A program made the position numbers and the translations under genes. Positions 9,009-18,977 of a stretch of 64,000 nt of DNA are shown one piece after another; position 1 is the stretch's first letter, and every line of letters starts with the position of its first letter. The notes below the pieces were generated by a model, which was not told the origin of the DNA, made no database searches, and worked only from the letters and a program-made list of their open reading frames with translations. The stretch comes from a virus. The stretch spans positions 818-64,817 of IMG/VR virus record IMGVR_UViG_3300031566_000020; one strand, given 5' to 3'.

Positions 9009-9143
9009 AATATTCTAAACAGATTTTATCAGAAAAATCAAAAGAAGAACTTATTAAAATAATCCTAACTTTGCAAGAAGTCAAAGAAGAAAACCCCTAC
9101 ATTGTTAAGGTGGATACAAGAAAAGGTATGATTAAGGATTAAA

Positions 9144-9680
9144 ATGAAAATCCCTATTGATAAGATTGAGATAGCAACAGGCTATAAAGTTAAAAGAAAC
9201 ATTGTTTCTATTGGTTTTGATTGGGCTTCAAGAGCTGGTGTATCTATCATTAAAACAGATGAAAAAAATGCAGAAGTAGAATATATTTTTGTTGAGTTCA
9301 AAGGAAATAACCCAAAAGAAAAATATAAAAGAATGGTTAGAACATTAGAATATTTGGTTTCTTCACAAGATATTGCTATTATTGAAAATGTTTTTGTTGG
9401 ATTTAACAGAAAAGGTTCATTGGAATTAGCTAAATACCATGCCTTTGCTATAAGTGAATGTATAAGGAAAAATGTAAACTATGAAACAGTTATGGCAAAA
9501 GATTGTAGAGCAAAGTTAGGAATTAAAACAACAAAAAAAGCCGGGTATGGTAGAGGAATGGCAAAGAAAGCAGTAGCAGATTATCTTGAAAACACTTTCC
9601 AAATTAAATTAAATGATGAAGATGCAAGTGATTCTGTTATTTTAGCAATGCTTGGTATATTAGAAGGGATTAAATTCTAA
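9144..9680 (+). CDS. ruvC: RuvC-like Holliday junction resolvase
   Basis: IGFDWASRAGVS (D), IAIIENVFVG (E), DEDASDSVILA (DxxD). Confidence 0.75.
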   Translation: MKIPIDKIEIATGYKVKRNIVSIGFDWASRAGVSIIKTDEKNAEVEYIFVEFKGNNPKEKYKRMVRTLEYLVSSQDIAIIENVFVGFNRKGSLELAKYHAFAISECIRKNVNYETVMAKDCRAKLGIKTTKKAGYGRGMAKKAVADYLENTFQIKLNDEDASDSVILAMLGILEGIKF

Positions 9681-9846
9681 TGACAAATGAAGAAAAAGCA
9701 GAGATTATTACAAAAGAAATAGAATATAAACAGGCACAAATTGATTATTTAGTCAAGCAAATCGAACTTGCAACACAATTGTTAAATCATTTAGATAAAA
9801 TCGAAATTGATGACAACTTGATTAGATTTGATTGGAGTGATTTAGA

Positions 9847-10071
9847 ATGAAAAATTCATACGGATTTACCACAAAAGAATTAATAGACAGATTAATTCTA
9901 ATTGGAAAAATGGGAGGATATACTATTGGTATTAAAAAACCATCATTAAAAATTTACCAGAATTATGCTAGAGTTTATTTGGATGAATATCCAGAACAAA
10001 AGGAAGAGAGAAAAGAATTTTTTGCAAAGAGATGGAACTTACAAAACGAAGCATTAAAAAGGATTGCATAA
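9847..10071 (+). CDS. hypothetical protein (74 aa)
   Basis: ORF track; packed. Confidence 0.6.
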   Translation: MKNSYGFTTKELIDRLILIGKMGGYTIGIKKPSLKIYQNYARVYLDEYPEQKEERKEFFAKRWNLQNEALKRIA

Positions 10072-10250
10072 TGGGAAATAAATATTCAGAGTGGGAATTT
10101 AATGGGGCAAGTGATAGTATAAGTTTTATAGACGATTTTGATTATACAGGTTCTGATGATTTTGCAATTAGTTATTCTTGGTTTTTTGAAGTCAATCCTG
10201 ATTATGGAGTTTTTCAAAATATGTATAACCGATTTTTGAGGAAAGAATAA
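10071..10250 (+). CDS. hypothetical acidic protein (59 aa)
   Basis: Start at TAATG overlap with upstream gene. Confidence 0.55.
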   Translation: MGNKYSEWEFNGASDSISFIDDFDYTGSDDFAISYSWFFEVNPDYGVFQNMYNRFLRKE

Positions 10251-10444
10251 TGAAAAGATTACCAAAAGTAAGAAACAAATACACAAAAAAAGAAGTTTAT
10301 TTTAGATTCTTTGCATCAGAAGAATTTTGTGATTGTTTTTGGTACACAGTAACTACTGACCCATACGGATTTGAAATCGGATTTATAAGTCATTATACAC
10401 CAGTAGGAACAACATGGGGGGAGTTAAGAAATGCAAAGTCCTAA
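10250..10444 (+). CDS. hypothetical protein (64 aa)
   Basis: TAATG overlap. Confidence 0.6.
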   Translation: MKRLPKVRNKYTKKEVYFRFFASEEFCDCFWYTVTTDPYGFEIGFISHYTPVGTTWGELRNAKS

Positions 10445-10778
10445 ATGGAAACAGTTTCAAGATTATATTGCTAGTAGATTACAATGTATTGACCCTAATG
10501 CTAGAAGCACAAAAGGAAGTGGCAACTGTGGTGAATTAGGAGATGTGAATAATAAGTATCTTCTTGTTGAGTGTAAGGATACTGATAAAAAATCTGTTAC
10601 ATTTAAGAAAGATGTTTGGGATAAGCTAAAAGGTGAGCTTCCTTTTCATAGCACAAGAATTCCTATGTATGCTATGCAAGACAAAGACGGAAACAAGTGG
10701 GCGGTAGTAGATTTGGATGATTTTCTGGATATTTTTATTGACCATATATATTATGATGAAGGATGCGGAAATGAGTAA
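10431..10778 (+). CDS. PD-(D/E)XK nuclease, Hjc-like resolvase
   Basis: WKQFQ...TKGSGN...GDV...LLVECK; GGGGAG RBS. Confidence 0.75.
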   Translation: MQSPKWKQFQDYIASRLQCIDPNARSTKGSGNCGELGDVNNKYLLVECKDTDKKSVTFKKDVWDKLKGELPFHSTRIPMYAMQDKDGNKWAVVDLDDFLDIFIDHIYYDEGCGNE

Positions 10779-11439
10779 AAAATTAAAATCTTATAAAAAT
10801 AAGGTTTATAAAACAAGATTTGGGATTGAATTAGAAGCCGAATTTCCTGAAAAAGTTGATATTATGGTCTTGCGTCAGCGTTATAGAAAGCTTTTAAAAA
10901 GCTGGACAGTAACAACAGATACTTCTTTAAACAACGGATTAGAATTTAAGCCAAAAGATATAAACAAACTTAAATTCACAAAAGAAACTCTTGATGAAAT
11001 ATCAGAGATTTTACATATAATTCGTAAAAGAAAAGGTACTTGTTCTTCAGCACAATGTGGATTACATATTCACATTGATATGACATCTTATACAAGCGAA
11101 GAAATTTTAAAAATAATCAAAGAAATGATAGCTAGGCAAAACTATATTGTAGAAAATTTTAATGTATCAGAAGATAGATTAGCAATGTATTGTCAATTAA
11201 TTAAAAAATCTGATTTAAGAAAACTAAAGGCTGAAACACTTGAATCTTTTAGAGCCGGGGATTATATTCCAAACATTAAATATTTAGATTCAAAATATTA
11301 TGTTTTAAATGTAAAAAGTTTGCAAGAATTTAATACAATAGAATTTAGACTTTTCAATGGAACAAAATATATAAGAGATATTAAAAAAATATTAACTTTT
11401 ATTTATGAATTTCTAATTAATGCGTTGGAAAGAGAATGA
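10771..11439 (+). CDS. putative amidoligase (glutamine synthetase-like COOH-NH2 ligase, Amidoligase_2 type)
   Basis: FGIELE, WTVTTDTSL, GLEF, CGLHIHID, KYYVLN, TIEFRLFNGT. Confidence 0.82.
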   Translation: MSKKLKSYKNKVYKTRFGIELEAEFPEKVDIMVLRQRYRKLLKSWTVTTDTSLNNGLEFKPKDINKLKFTKETLDEISEILHIIRKRKGTCSSAQCGLHIHIDMTSYTSEEILKIIKEMIARQNYIVENFNVSEDRLAMYCQLIKKSDLRKLKAETLESFRAGDYIPNIKYLDSKYYVLNVKSLQEFNTIEFRLFNGTKYIRDIKKILTFIYEFLINALERE

Positions 11440-11585
11440 ATATAAAATATTTAAAATACATTATTTTTAGTACAGGAATAATAATTATTTTAGGAATATT
11501 AGTAAGTGGTACTAAAATAGCATGTTCTCCACATTTAGATTTGAAAGATGGAACAGTAGGAATAAAAATTGGAGGAGAATTTTGA
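11436..11585 (+). CDS. small membrane/lipoprotein (49 aa)
   Basis: Read manually: MNIKYLKYIIFSTGIIIILGILVSGTKIAC...; ATGA overlap. Confidence 0.5.
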   Translation: MNIKYLKYIIFSTGIIIILGILVSGTKIACSPHLDLKDGTVGIKIGGEF

Positions 11586-11758
11586 GTAAATTAAATTTTG
11601 GTATTATTGGGTATGAAAGAAAAGTAGGATATTCTAAAAAAAGAGGATGGATTTTTTGTTATAAATGTCACAGGGAAGTAAGGGATGATATGATAACTGA
11701 CAATGGATGTATTTGGTGTGATACTGAATATCATTCAAAGGAGAAAAATAATGGATAA
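11582..11758 (+). CDS. small Zn-finger protein
   Basis: CYKC...CIWC; TTG start after GGAGGAG. Confidence 0.55.
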   Translation: MSKLNFGIIGYERKVGYSKKRGWIFCYKCHREVRDDMITDNGCIWCDTEYHSKEKNNG

Positions 11759-12908
11759 AAGTGAAAGAAGAAAAAAATTAGAAGAAACAATGAAAGCTTT
11801 TAATAAAAAACAGAAAGATTCTGTCTTAGATTTTGGTGTTTCTCATGAAGAATCTGAAGTAATTCCTACCGGAATAAAAGCTATTGATGATTTTATTGGT
11901 GGTGGAACAAAGCGTGGAACTTTCTCTATTATCTATGGTGGATATTCTGTTGGTAAATCAACAATTGTTTTACAACAAATTGCCCATGCACAAAAGGAAG
12001 GACAGATTTGTTGCTATATTGATTTAGAACATAGCTTTGAGAAAGAACGTGCTAAAGCTTTAGGAGTTAATTTAGATGAATTAGTATTAGCTGAAAAATG
12101 CCAAAATGCAGAACAGGCACTAGAAATTATTCGTGCATTGTGCAAAGAAAAAGCAGTTGATTATTTCGCCATTGATTCAGTACAGGCTATGTCACCTTTA
12201 AATGAGCAAGAAAATAAAGGAAAAGAAAGACAGCTTGTTGAAAAAGAGATTGCTGAATTGGCAAGAACATTAAGTAAATTCTTTAGAGTAGTTGCACCGG
12301 ATGTATTTAATGCTCAAGCAAGTATTGTAATGATTGGACAGGTTAGAATTCATGGTATTGGAACATTCTTTACAAGAGCAGGGCTTACAGGCGGTGAAGC
12401 ACTTAAACATTGGGCTTCACAGATGATTTTCATGCGTCAAGGACAATCTGCTGATGCTCCTGTAAAAGAGTTTAAGAAATATTTTCTTGATAAAGATGGA
12501 AAATTACGGTACAAAACAGAAAAAGATAAGATTGGCTTTGATTGTGTGCTTAAATTAGAGAAAACAAAATCTTCAAAATCTGCTTCTGAAGGTGAAGATG
12601 TTCATGTTCCTTTTGTTTTTGATTATGGGTTTGTAAACGAAGTTAAGCAAGAAGAAGTTGAAATAAAAATAGAAGGAACACCGGAAGAAAAAGAACAGAT
12701 TGAAAAAGAGTTAAAAGAAAAGGGTATTTTAGAAAAATATTCAACTTCAGAAGAACCAAAATCTGCTTATGACCCATTAAAAGAAGGGTATACACCGCAT
12801 CCTGTTAAAGAAGAAGGGGAAATTAAACCACCGCAAGGTGGAACAGGAGAAACAAAAATAGAAGAACCAAAAAAGAAACGTGGCAGACCAACAAAGGAGA
12901 AGAAATAA
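11751..12908 (+). CDS. recA: RecA/UvsX-like recombinase
   Basis: IPTGIKAIDDFIGGG, YGGYSVGKST Walker A, YIDLEH, AIDSVQA Walker B, IGQVR, GGEALKHWAS; AAGGAG RBS. Confidence 0.92.
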   Translation: MDKSERRKKLEETMKAFNKKQKDSVLDFGVSHEESEVIPTGIKAIDDFIGGGTKRGTFSIIYGGYSVGKSTIVLQQIAHAQKEGQICCYIDLEHSFEKERAKALGVNLDELVLAEKCQNAEQALEIIRALCKEKAVDYFAIDSVQAMSPLNEQENKGKERQLVEKEIAELARTLSKFFRVVAPDVFNAQASIVMIGQVRIHGIGTFFTRAGLTGGEALKHWASQMIFMRQGQSADAPVKEFKKYFLDKDGKLRYKTEKDKIGFDCVLKLEKTKSSKSASEGEDVHVPFVFDYGFVNEVKQEEVEIKIEGTPEEKEQIEKELKEKGILEKYSTSEEPKSAYDPLKEGYTPHPVKEEGEIKPPQGGTGETKIEEPKKKRGRPTKEKK

Positions 12909-13189
12909 TGACATGTAAAAACTGTGAAAAAGAATTGTTAAAAGCACGTTATAAAGAACTTTATAATTATGCTATTTTAGCTTATGATGCAACTGGTAGA
13001 GTAGCAAAAGAGAGATTAGCTGAACTTAAAAAACAAATAGAGGAAGCATAATGAATGGAAAAATAGCTAAAAAGTTAAGAAAAGAAGCAAACAATATGTA
13101 TGATAATGCTCCTGAAAAAGTACAGAAGAAGACATCACGCAGACGCATTTATCAATGGTTGAAAAATCAATTTAAGAAGGGAAAATAAA

Positions 13190-13663
13190 ATGACAAGTAG
13201 AGATGTAAATAAATTAATTAAAGAAGGCGAATCCGGAGTTGAAAAGCTTTATGCATCTCATATGAAGTATTTTAACATTGTGGATACTTGGGCTAAGAGA
13301 TTAACTGAAGGTGATATTCTTGATGAATATGAATTATCACAAGCAATGGAACAGCTTACAGGCTCTTTAATGAAGTTGGGAACTGTGGCTGGTGCATTAG
13401 ACGCTTTAATGGAAGAAATTGAACATGAAGAAGAAGTTACTCAATATAACTCATTTGAGAAATTAAGGGTACAGGATGTTAATGTTGTTAAAGCCAATGC
13501 TAGACACAAGATTGGAAAGATTCGTAAATGGAAATCAGACTTTCAGAACTATTTTAATTCTGCACAGTCAGCAGTTATTACTTCTCAATCAAGATTAAAA
13601 AGATTAACAGTTGAAAAGGGTGCAAAAGGGGTAGATTACTGTGGCGAAACACCAAACACATAA
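13190..13663 (+). CDS. helical protein (possibly UvsY-like recombination mediator)
   Basis: All-helical 157 aa between recA and the polymerase; functional call from position only. Confidence 0.4.
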   Translation: MTSRDVNKLIKEGESGVEKLYASHMKYFNIVDTWAKRLTEGDILDEYELSQAMEQLTGSLMKLGTVAGALDALMEEIEHEEEVTQYNSFEKLRVQDVNVVKANARHKIGKIRKWKSDFQNYFNSAQSAVITSQSRLKRLTVEKGAKGVDYCGETPNT

Positions 13664-13667
13664 TATT

Positions 13668-15590
13668 ATGTCACTTGATTCTTTACTAAATAATGCTATT
13701 GTTTATGATATCGAAACCTACTCTATGGATGAATACGGTAGGGAGATAGATATTCAAACAGATAACGAAAGGTATATAGAACTTGCCCAAGTTAGATGGG
13801 TAGGAATTTATTCTTTTCGTGATAATAAAGAATACTATCTTGAAGTATCTAAAGACAGACAAAAAATACAAGAATTATTAAGAACAGCTTATGTATTGAT
13901 AGGATTTAATAGTGAAGATTTTGACTATCCGATTCTTGTTAATAATGGTTTAATTGAATCTTCTCAAAAAGTAAACCATGTAGATTGTATGAAAATCCTT
14001 GGGTCAAATACAATGATTGATAAAAAAGGATTTAAATATAAAGGTAGAGGAGAACTTATGAATTATAAGTTCAAAAGAAATACTCTACAATGCATGGCTG
14101 AAACAATGAAGTTGCCTTTTCAGAAAAGCACAATTGATTATAAGATTTTTTATAAAGATACTTATACTGACGAAGAAAAGAAAGAAATTATTACTTATCT
14201 CCGGAATGATATTATGGCAACCAAAAGCTTATTTGATAAACTCTGGACTTACTGGATGCCATTTACAGAACTAATTGATTGGAAAGAAGTACAAAACCTT
14301 TCATGGATAAAGAACTCAATTGCATCTTTGACATATAAATCAGCCTGTTTTGCTCTTGGCACAGAACCAACATACTCTGATAAGAAAAGCAAATCTGAAG
14401 AAATGGGTGGGAGAGTTCTACTTCCTAATTACGAAGAAGCAAGACAGGTATGGTATGTAGATTTCGCAAGTCTATATCCTCATATTATGTGTATGTTTAA
14501 TTTGTTTGCTGAAGTCGAAGAAGGAAAAGGATGGAATGGGAATGAGCTTTTTAAAACAAGAGGATATTATGATATCACTTACAAACATGCTTTATGTAAA
14601 GAAGTTGAGAAAAGATTAAAGGAACGTATTGAATTAAAGAAAAAGTATGGTAAAGATTATCCAATGGTTTACGCTTTGAAGATTTTTTGTAATTCATTAT
14701 ATGGAGCAAGTAGAAGCTCTATTTTTGAAAAGATTCATACAAAGAATATTGGATGGGATACATGCTGGTTAGGGCAACAGATTCATGAGTTCACGCAAAA
14801 AGAATTAGAAAATTATGGTTTTGAAGCAATCTATGGCGATACGGATAGTGTCATGTTAATTGCCAAAGAGGAAAAGCATTTAGACAGAGATTACCTTTCA
14901 ATTTGTTTGAAAAAGATTGTCAAGAAAATTTTTGAAAATGTTCCTTTTCCAGTAGAAACATTTAAAATTGATATTGAAGATTATATCCATTATATGATGT
15001 TTCCTTTTACAGAACAACCTATGGTTGATGAAAAGACAGGCAAGAACATAAAGAAGGGAAATAGGCTTGTAAAGGAATGGAAAGGAAATAAAAAGAACTA
15101 TCTTTATATTACTGATGGAAAAGATGGTCTTGATATTAAAATTACCGGGCTTCCTATCAAAAAGGATGGGGCTACGGAATTAGGAATGAAGATTTATGAA
15201 GAAGTATTAAAAGAGAAGATTCTTGAAAATAAAAGGGCTAAATTCTCAAAAGAGTTTATTGAAGAAACGGTTGAATCCTATTTGAAGAAAAAAGAGATTA
15301 TGCAGTTGATTTCCAGAGAGTTTAAGGTGAAACCCTATGATACATATAAGGTTACGAAAGATAAAAAAGAACCAACTGGAATACATGCTCAAATAAGCAA
15401 GGGTTATTTCAGCTATGGAGAAGGTGTTATTAACCTTATTAAGAACAATAAGATAGGGAAAGCCGGAAAGGTGGCTAAATACTGTACTGTTGATGAAGCC
15501 ATTGAAGCCGGATTAAGGGTAAAAGACCTTGATTTGGAGAAGCTCTGGAATGAATTAAATCCCTTTATAGAACTTGACAAAACCCCTTAA
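13668..15590 (+). CDS. polB: family B DNA polymerase with 3'-5' exonuclease
   Basis: YDIET (ExoI), GFNSEDFD (ExoII), YLRND (ExoIII), DFASLYPHIM, KIFCNSLYG, YGDTDS, KKNY. Confidence 0.95.
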   Translation: MSLDSLLNNAIVYDIETYSMDEYGREIDIQTDNERYIELAQVRWVGIYSFRDNKEYYLEVSKDRQKIQELLRTAYVLIGFNSEDFDYPILVNNGLIESSQKVNHVDCMKILGSNTMIDKKGFKYKGRGELMNYKFKRNTLQCMAETMKLPFQKSTIDYKIFYKDTYTDEEKKEIITYLRNDIMATKSLFDKLWTYWMPFTELIDWKEVQNLSWIKNSIASLTYKSACFALGTEPTYSDKKSKSEEMGGRVLLPNYEEARQVWYVDFASLYPHIMCMFNLFAEVEEGKGWNGNELFKTRGYYDITYKHALCKEVEKRLKERIELKKKYGKDYPMVYALKIFCNSLYGASRSSIFEKIHTKNIGWDTCWLGQQIHEFTQKELENYGFEAIYGDTDSVMLIAKEEKHLDRDYLSICLKKIVKKIFENVPFPVETFKIDIEDYIHYMMFPFTEQPMVDEKTGKNIKKGNRLVKEWKGNKKNYLYITDGKDGLDIKITGLPIKKDGATELGMKIYEEVLKEKILENKRAKFSKEFIEETVESYLKKKEIMQLISREFKVKPYDTYKVTKDKKEPTGIHAQISKGYFSYGEGVINLIKNNKIGKAGKVAKYCTVDEAIEAGLRVKDLDLEKLWNELNPFIELDKTP

Positions 15591-15602
15591 ATATGGTATA
15601 CT
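15574..15602 (+). promoter_or_regulatory. sigma70-type promoter P3, overlapping the polB 3' end
   Basis: TTGACA 15574-15579, 17-bp spacer, TGG-TATACT 15594-15602. Confidence 0.85.
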
Positions 15603-15699
15603 TGTAGTGAAAGGTGAAGAATGCAAACAAATATAATTCAAGACATAAACCTGATTTTAATTGGTATAAATATAGGAATGTTATTAATTGGTTCATAAT

Positions 15700-15918
15700 A
15701 TGAAAAAAGTCATTCAAAAAATACTTGAGTTTAAATGCTACAAATGCTCTGGAACAGGGTTAATTGAAAAAACATTTAAATCAGTAAAACAAAACGAAAT
15801 TCCTTTTATACACAGTAAATGCCCTACTTGTGACGGAACTGGAATTTATAAAGAAACTTTTTATTATTTTATTGATGGTAAAAAGAAAATAGCATTTTCA
15901 GGAGATACTTTAAAATGA
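15700..15918 (+). CDS. DnaJ-type Zn-finger protein
   Basis: CYKCSGTG...CPTCDGTG. Confidence 0.7.
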   Translation: MKKVIQKILEFKCYKCSGTGLIEKTFKSVKQNEIPFIHSKCPTCDGTGIYKETFYYFIDGKKKIAFSGDTLK

Positions 15919-16142
15919 CAAAGAAACTATTCAAAAATGTACTTGAACCATTTAAAAACTCTATTGTTTATAAATCAGTTAAAGAAGGACAGACTTCTTT
16001 TAGAATAACACAGCAATTAGTACAATCTATTTATTTAAAAGCAAGAAAATTGAAAACATTGGCAACACTCATCTTAACTATTCCGGCTAACAAAGAGGAA
16101 AATTACATACTTAGATGCCAAATCAGCAAGGAGAAAAAATGA
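15915..16142 (+). CDS. hypothetical protein (75 aa)
   Basis: ATGA overlap. Confidence 0.6.
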   Translation: MTKKLFKNVLEPFKNSIVYKSVKEGQTSFRITQQLVQSIYLKARKLKTLATLILTIPANKEENYILRCQISKEKK

Positions 16143-16801
16143 AAAAGATTTTAACAATTTTATTTGCATTTTTATTTGTTACAAGCACAGCAATGGCTTA
16201 TTCTGGAACATTGGTAAGCCCGGAAGCAGAACCGAAAACGGTTGTAGTTAGCATGTTTGACAGAATTCAAGACTATACTGTTTCTCTTGTTATGGTAGGA
16301 GAAGGTCTTGGCACTTGTAGTGGAACAATGGTTTATGAAGACCAAGAAGCACAATACATTATTACAGCAAAACACTGTGTAGAAGGTGCATTAGAAGTTT
16401 ATGTTGAAAATAATATGGCTTATAGATGGCAAACATCTTTAGAAGATGATATGGCATTGATAACTTTGAAAGAGAAAATTTATACAAAAATTCCGGCAAA
16501 TTTGGCTTATAGACCATTAAGAAAAGGTGACAAAACTTATCTTATTGGATATCCTAGTACAGTTAGATATACAACCCAAGGAACAATGATATTAAAAACT
16601 AGAGATTGGGTTATTTATGATATGAAAGTAATTCCCGGCTGTTCTGGTGGAGGAATTTTTAATGATTATGGGCAATTAGTTGGAGTAATATGGGGTGCAT
16701 ATATAAATGTTGAAAGAGAAAACCCAATGAAATCACTTGGAGAAGGTATTGAAGATGTACGAACCTTTTTAAGAAAGGTACTGCCACAGGCAATAAAATG
16801 A
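16139..16801 (+). CDS. secreted trypsin-like serine protease
   Basis: Signal peptide MKKILTILFAFLFVTSTAMA; triad motifs ITAKHC, DDMALI, PGCSGGG. Confidence 0.88.
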   Translation: MKKILTILFAFLFVTSTAMAYSGTLVSPEAEPKTVVVSMFDRIQDYTVSLVMVGEGLGTCSGTMVYEDQEAQYIITAKHCVEGALEVYVENNMAYRWQTSLEDDMALITLKEKIYTKIPANLAYRPLRKGDKTYLIGYPSTVRYTTQGTMILKTRDWVIYDMKVIPGCSGGGIFNDYGQLVGVIWGAYINVERENPMKSLGEGIEDVRTFLRKVLPQAIK

Positions 16802-17223
16802 GTTATTTAATTATTTTAGAAAAATTAATGTTGGCAAGTTTATTAGGTTTCTTTATTGGTAGAGAAAGAAAGAAACAGGATAAACATGGTGGGTCAAGAA
16901 CCTTTGCTCTTGTATGCCTTGGGTCTTGCTTGATTGCCTTAATTTCTTTAGAATTGCTAAAGATGCCAAGACCAGAAGGAGTTGTCATTAATTTTACTAG
17001 AATGGTTAGTTATGCTATTGCATCAATTGGTTTTATAGGCAGTGCAGTTGTAATACATCATAAAGGTGAAGTTGATGGATTAACAACAGCTTCAGCTATT
17101 TTTGGTATTGTTCCGGTTGGTATTGCAATCGGATTCGGATACTATTTTTTAGGCACAGTTGCTAGTGTCCTTATATATATTTTATTAGAATACAAATATT
17201 GGTTTGATAAAGGAGATGTGTAA
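16798..17223 (+). CDS. mgtC: MgtC/SapB family membrane protein
   Basis: LLGFFIGRER...GSRTFALVCLGSC...IGFIGSAVVI...GLTTASAIF...GIAIGFG. Confidence 0.88.
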   Translation: MSYLIILEKLMLASLLGFFIGRERKKQDKHGGSRTFALVCLGSCLIALISLELLKMPRPEGVVINFTRMVSYAIASIGFIGSAVVIHHKGEVDGLTTASAIFGIVPVGIAIGFGYYFLGTVASVLIYILLEYKYWFDKGDV

Positions 17224-17225
17224 CA

Positions 17226-18281
17226 ATGGCTAAAGCACATAAAGTTTGGTCAAAAGATAAAATTGATATATTGCGTGACCTTTGGACAAATCCTAATTTT
17301 TCTATTAGTGATATTGCCAAAGAGTTAAACGTAACATATGATGCTGTTAAACATGCATTAAGGCGGTATAATTTAACGCATTATAGGAAAGTAAAACAAG
17401 ATAAAGCTTCTTCTAGTTCAATGCAAAAAATGTTAGAAGCTATTGATGTAAAAGCATTTGAAAAGTTAAAAAAGGAATGCACATTAGGTTGGAAAGTAAC
17501 TAAATCAAAGAAAAAGAAAGGTTCAGGAATTACAGGTTGGGAAAAATACATGATTATTGCAGATGTTCATGCACCTAAACATAATGAAGCAGTATTGAAA
17601 TCTATTTTAGATTTAATGGATGATGAACCTTTTGATGGTGTCATCAATCTTGGAGATTTTGTAGACCTTGAACCTATAAGTCATTGGACAAAAAATAAAA
17701 GAAAGACACTAGAAGGAAGAAGATTACTAGAAGATTATGTTGTTGCAAATTCCATTTTAGATGAATTTGATAAAAGACTTCCTAAAAATGCATCAAAGTA
17801 TTATTTTTGGGGAAATCATGAAGATTGGTATAATCAGTTTATTGAAGAATTACCAGCATTTGAAGGGTTTGCAGACCCAACAATTGAATTAAAGTTAGCA
17901 GAAAGAGGTTATAAAGTATTTCCTTATAATCATATAGAACAGTTTGGAAGATTGAGTATAACACATGGCATTTATGCAACATCAGATTCAACAAAAAAAC
18001 ATATTGATGAATTAAAAACAAATGTGATGTTTGGACATACTCACACACAAGCAGAAAAATATTCCTCATCAGAAGCTAGAACATTAGCAATGGGAGGATA
18101 TAACTTAGGATGTTGCTGTGATTTAGCACCAGAATATATGAGAGGAAGACCTCATAAATGGACACATGGTTTTGCTATATTGTATGTTGAAAAGAAAACA
18201 GGATACTTTTTTGTTGATTTAAAAAGAGTGGTAGATGGACGTTTTATTCACAATGATAAATTATATGATGGAAATAAATAA
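17226..18281 (+). CDS. HTH + calcineurin-like metallophosphoesterase
   Basis: N-terminal WSKDKIDILRDLW...SISDIAKELNVTYDAV HTH; ADVH, LGDFVD, GNHE, THG, GHTH. Confidence 0.85.
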   Translation: MAKAHKVWSKDKIDILRDLWTNPNFSISDIAKELNVTYDAVKHALRRYNLTHYRKVKQDKASSSSMQKMLEAIDVKAFEKLKKECTLGWKVTKSKKKKGSGITGWEKYMIIADVHAPKHNEAVLKSILDLMDDEPFDGVINLGDFVDLEPISHWTKNKRKTLEGRRLLEDYVVANSILDEFDKRLPKNASKYYFWGNHEDWYNQFIEELPAFEGFADPTIELKLAERGYKVFPYNHIEQFGRLSITHGIYATSDSTKKHIDELKTNVMFGHTHTQAEKYSSSEARTLAMGGYNLGCCCDLAPEYMRGRPHKWTHGFAILYVEKKTGYFFVDLKRVVDGRFIHNDKLYDGNK

Positions 18282-18293
18282 GAAAGAAAATTT

Positions 18294-18515
18294 ATGACAT
18301 TAACATTTAAAACGTGTCCTATTTGTGATGGTACAGGAAAGCTGTCTATTTTAAAAAGCAGAATAAATATTTTCAGTAAGTTATTAGGTCAAAATATACC
18401 TTTGCTTAAAGATGACCACCAGCAATGCTCTCATTGTAAGGGAACAGGAAGGGTCTATGTAAAAATAAATCCTTTTTTTAACCCTTGGAATCCATTTAAT
18501 AGGAGTGATTCATGA
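18294..18515 (+). CDS. DnaJ-type Zn-finger protein
   Basis: CPICDGTG...CSHCKGTG. Confidence 0.7.
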   Translation: MTLTFKTCPICDGTGKLSILKSRINIFSKLLGQNIPLLKDDHQQCSHCKGTGRVYVKINPFFNPWNPFNRSDS

Positions 18516-18641
18516 GCCGAAACGGAAAAGATAAGTTTTATCGTACCTTAAACTTAGATGAACATGAAAAAAATGCTTTAAGAATATATAATGAAGTGAA
18601 AAAGAAAGTAAACAAAAGCAACAAAAAAGAGGACAAATGAT

Positions 18642-18887
18642 ATGCAACCTATCCAACTTGTAGAAGATGTTCAACCAGTTTATACTACTGTCAAATATAA
18701 GGGTAAGGACAGAGTAATGCGTAGATTTGGTGCTGTTACTTTAACAGATAAGTATGGTAAGACAAGAGAGGTCAGACCAGCCGAATATCTATATGAATAT
18801 AGGGATGGTAAAAACATTTTACATTACTCTAAAACACCATTTAGAAGTACAGGAAATAAGGAGAAAAAGAATGAAACACAGAAATAA
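18642..18887 (+). CDS. hypothetical protein (81 aa)
   Basis: ORF track; GAGG RBS. Confidence 0.6.
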   Translation: MQPIQLVEDVQPVYTTVKYKGKDRVMRRFGAVTLTDKYGKTREVRPAEYLYEYRDGKNILHYSKTPFRSTGNKEKKNETQK

Positions 18888-18977
18888 AGTTAAAAGATTA
18901 CAAAGAAAACAAAGAGTGTTTGATGAAAAGTACACAAGTGAACGTGGATTTAAAAAACCAGGAAGCGTTAAGAAGCC

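Noticed and set aside
11751-15590. Inteins or introns in recA or polB
   Set aside because: The motif order is contiguous and the lengths are compact; no intein splice motifs or homing endonuclease were seen.
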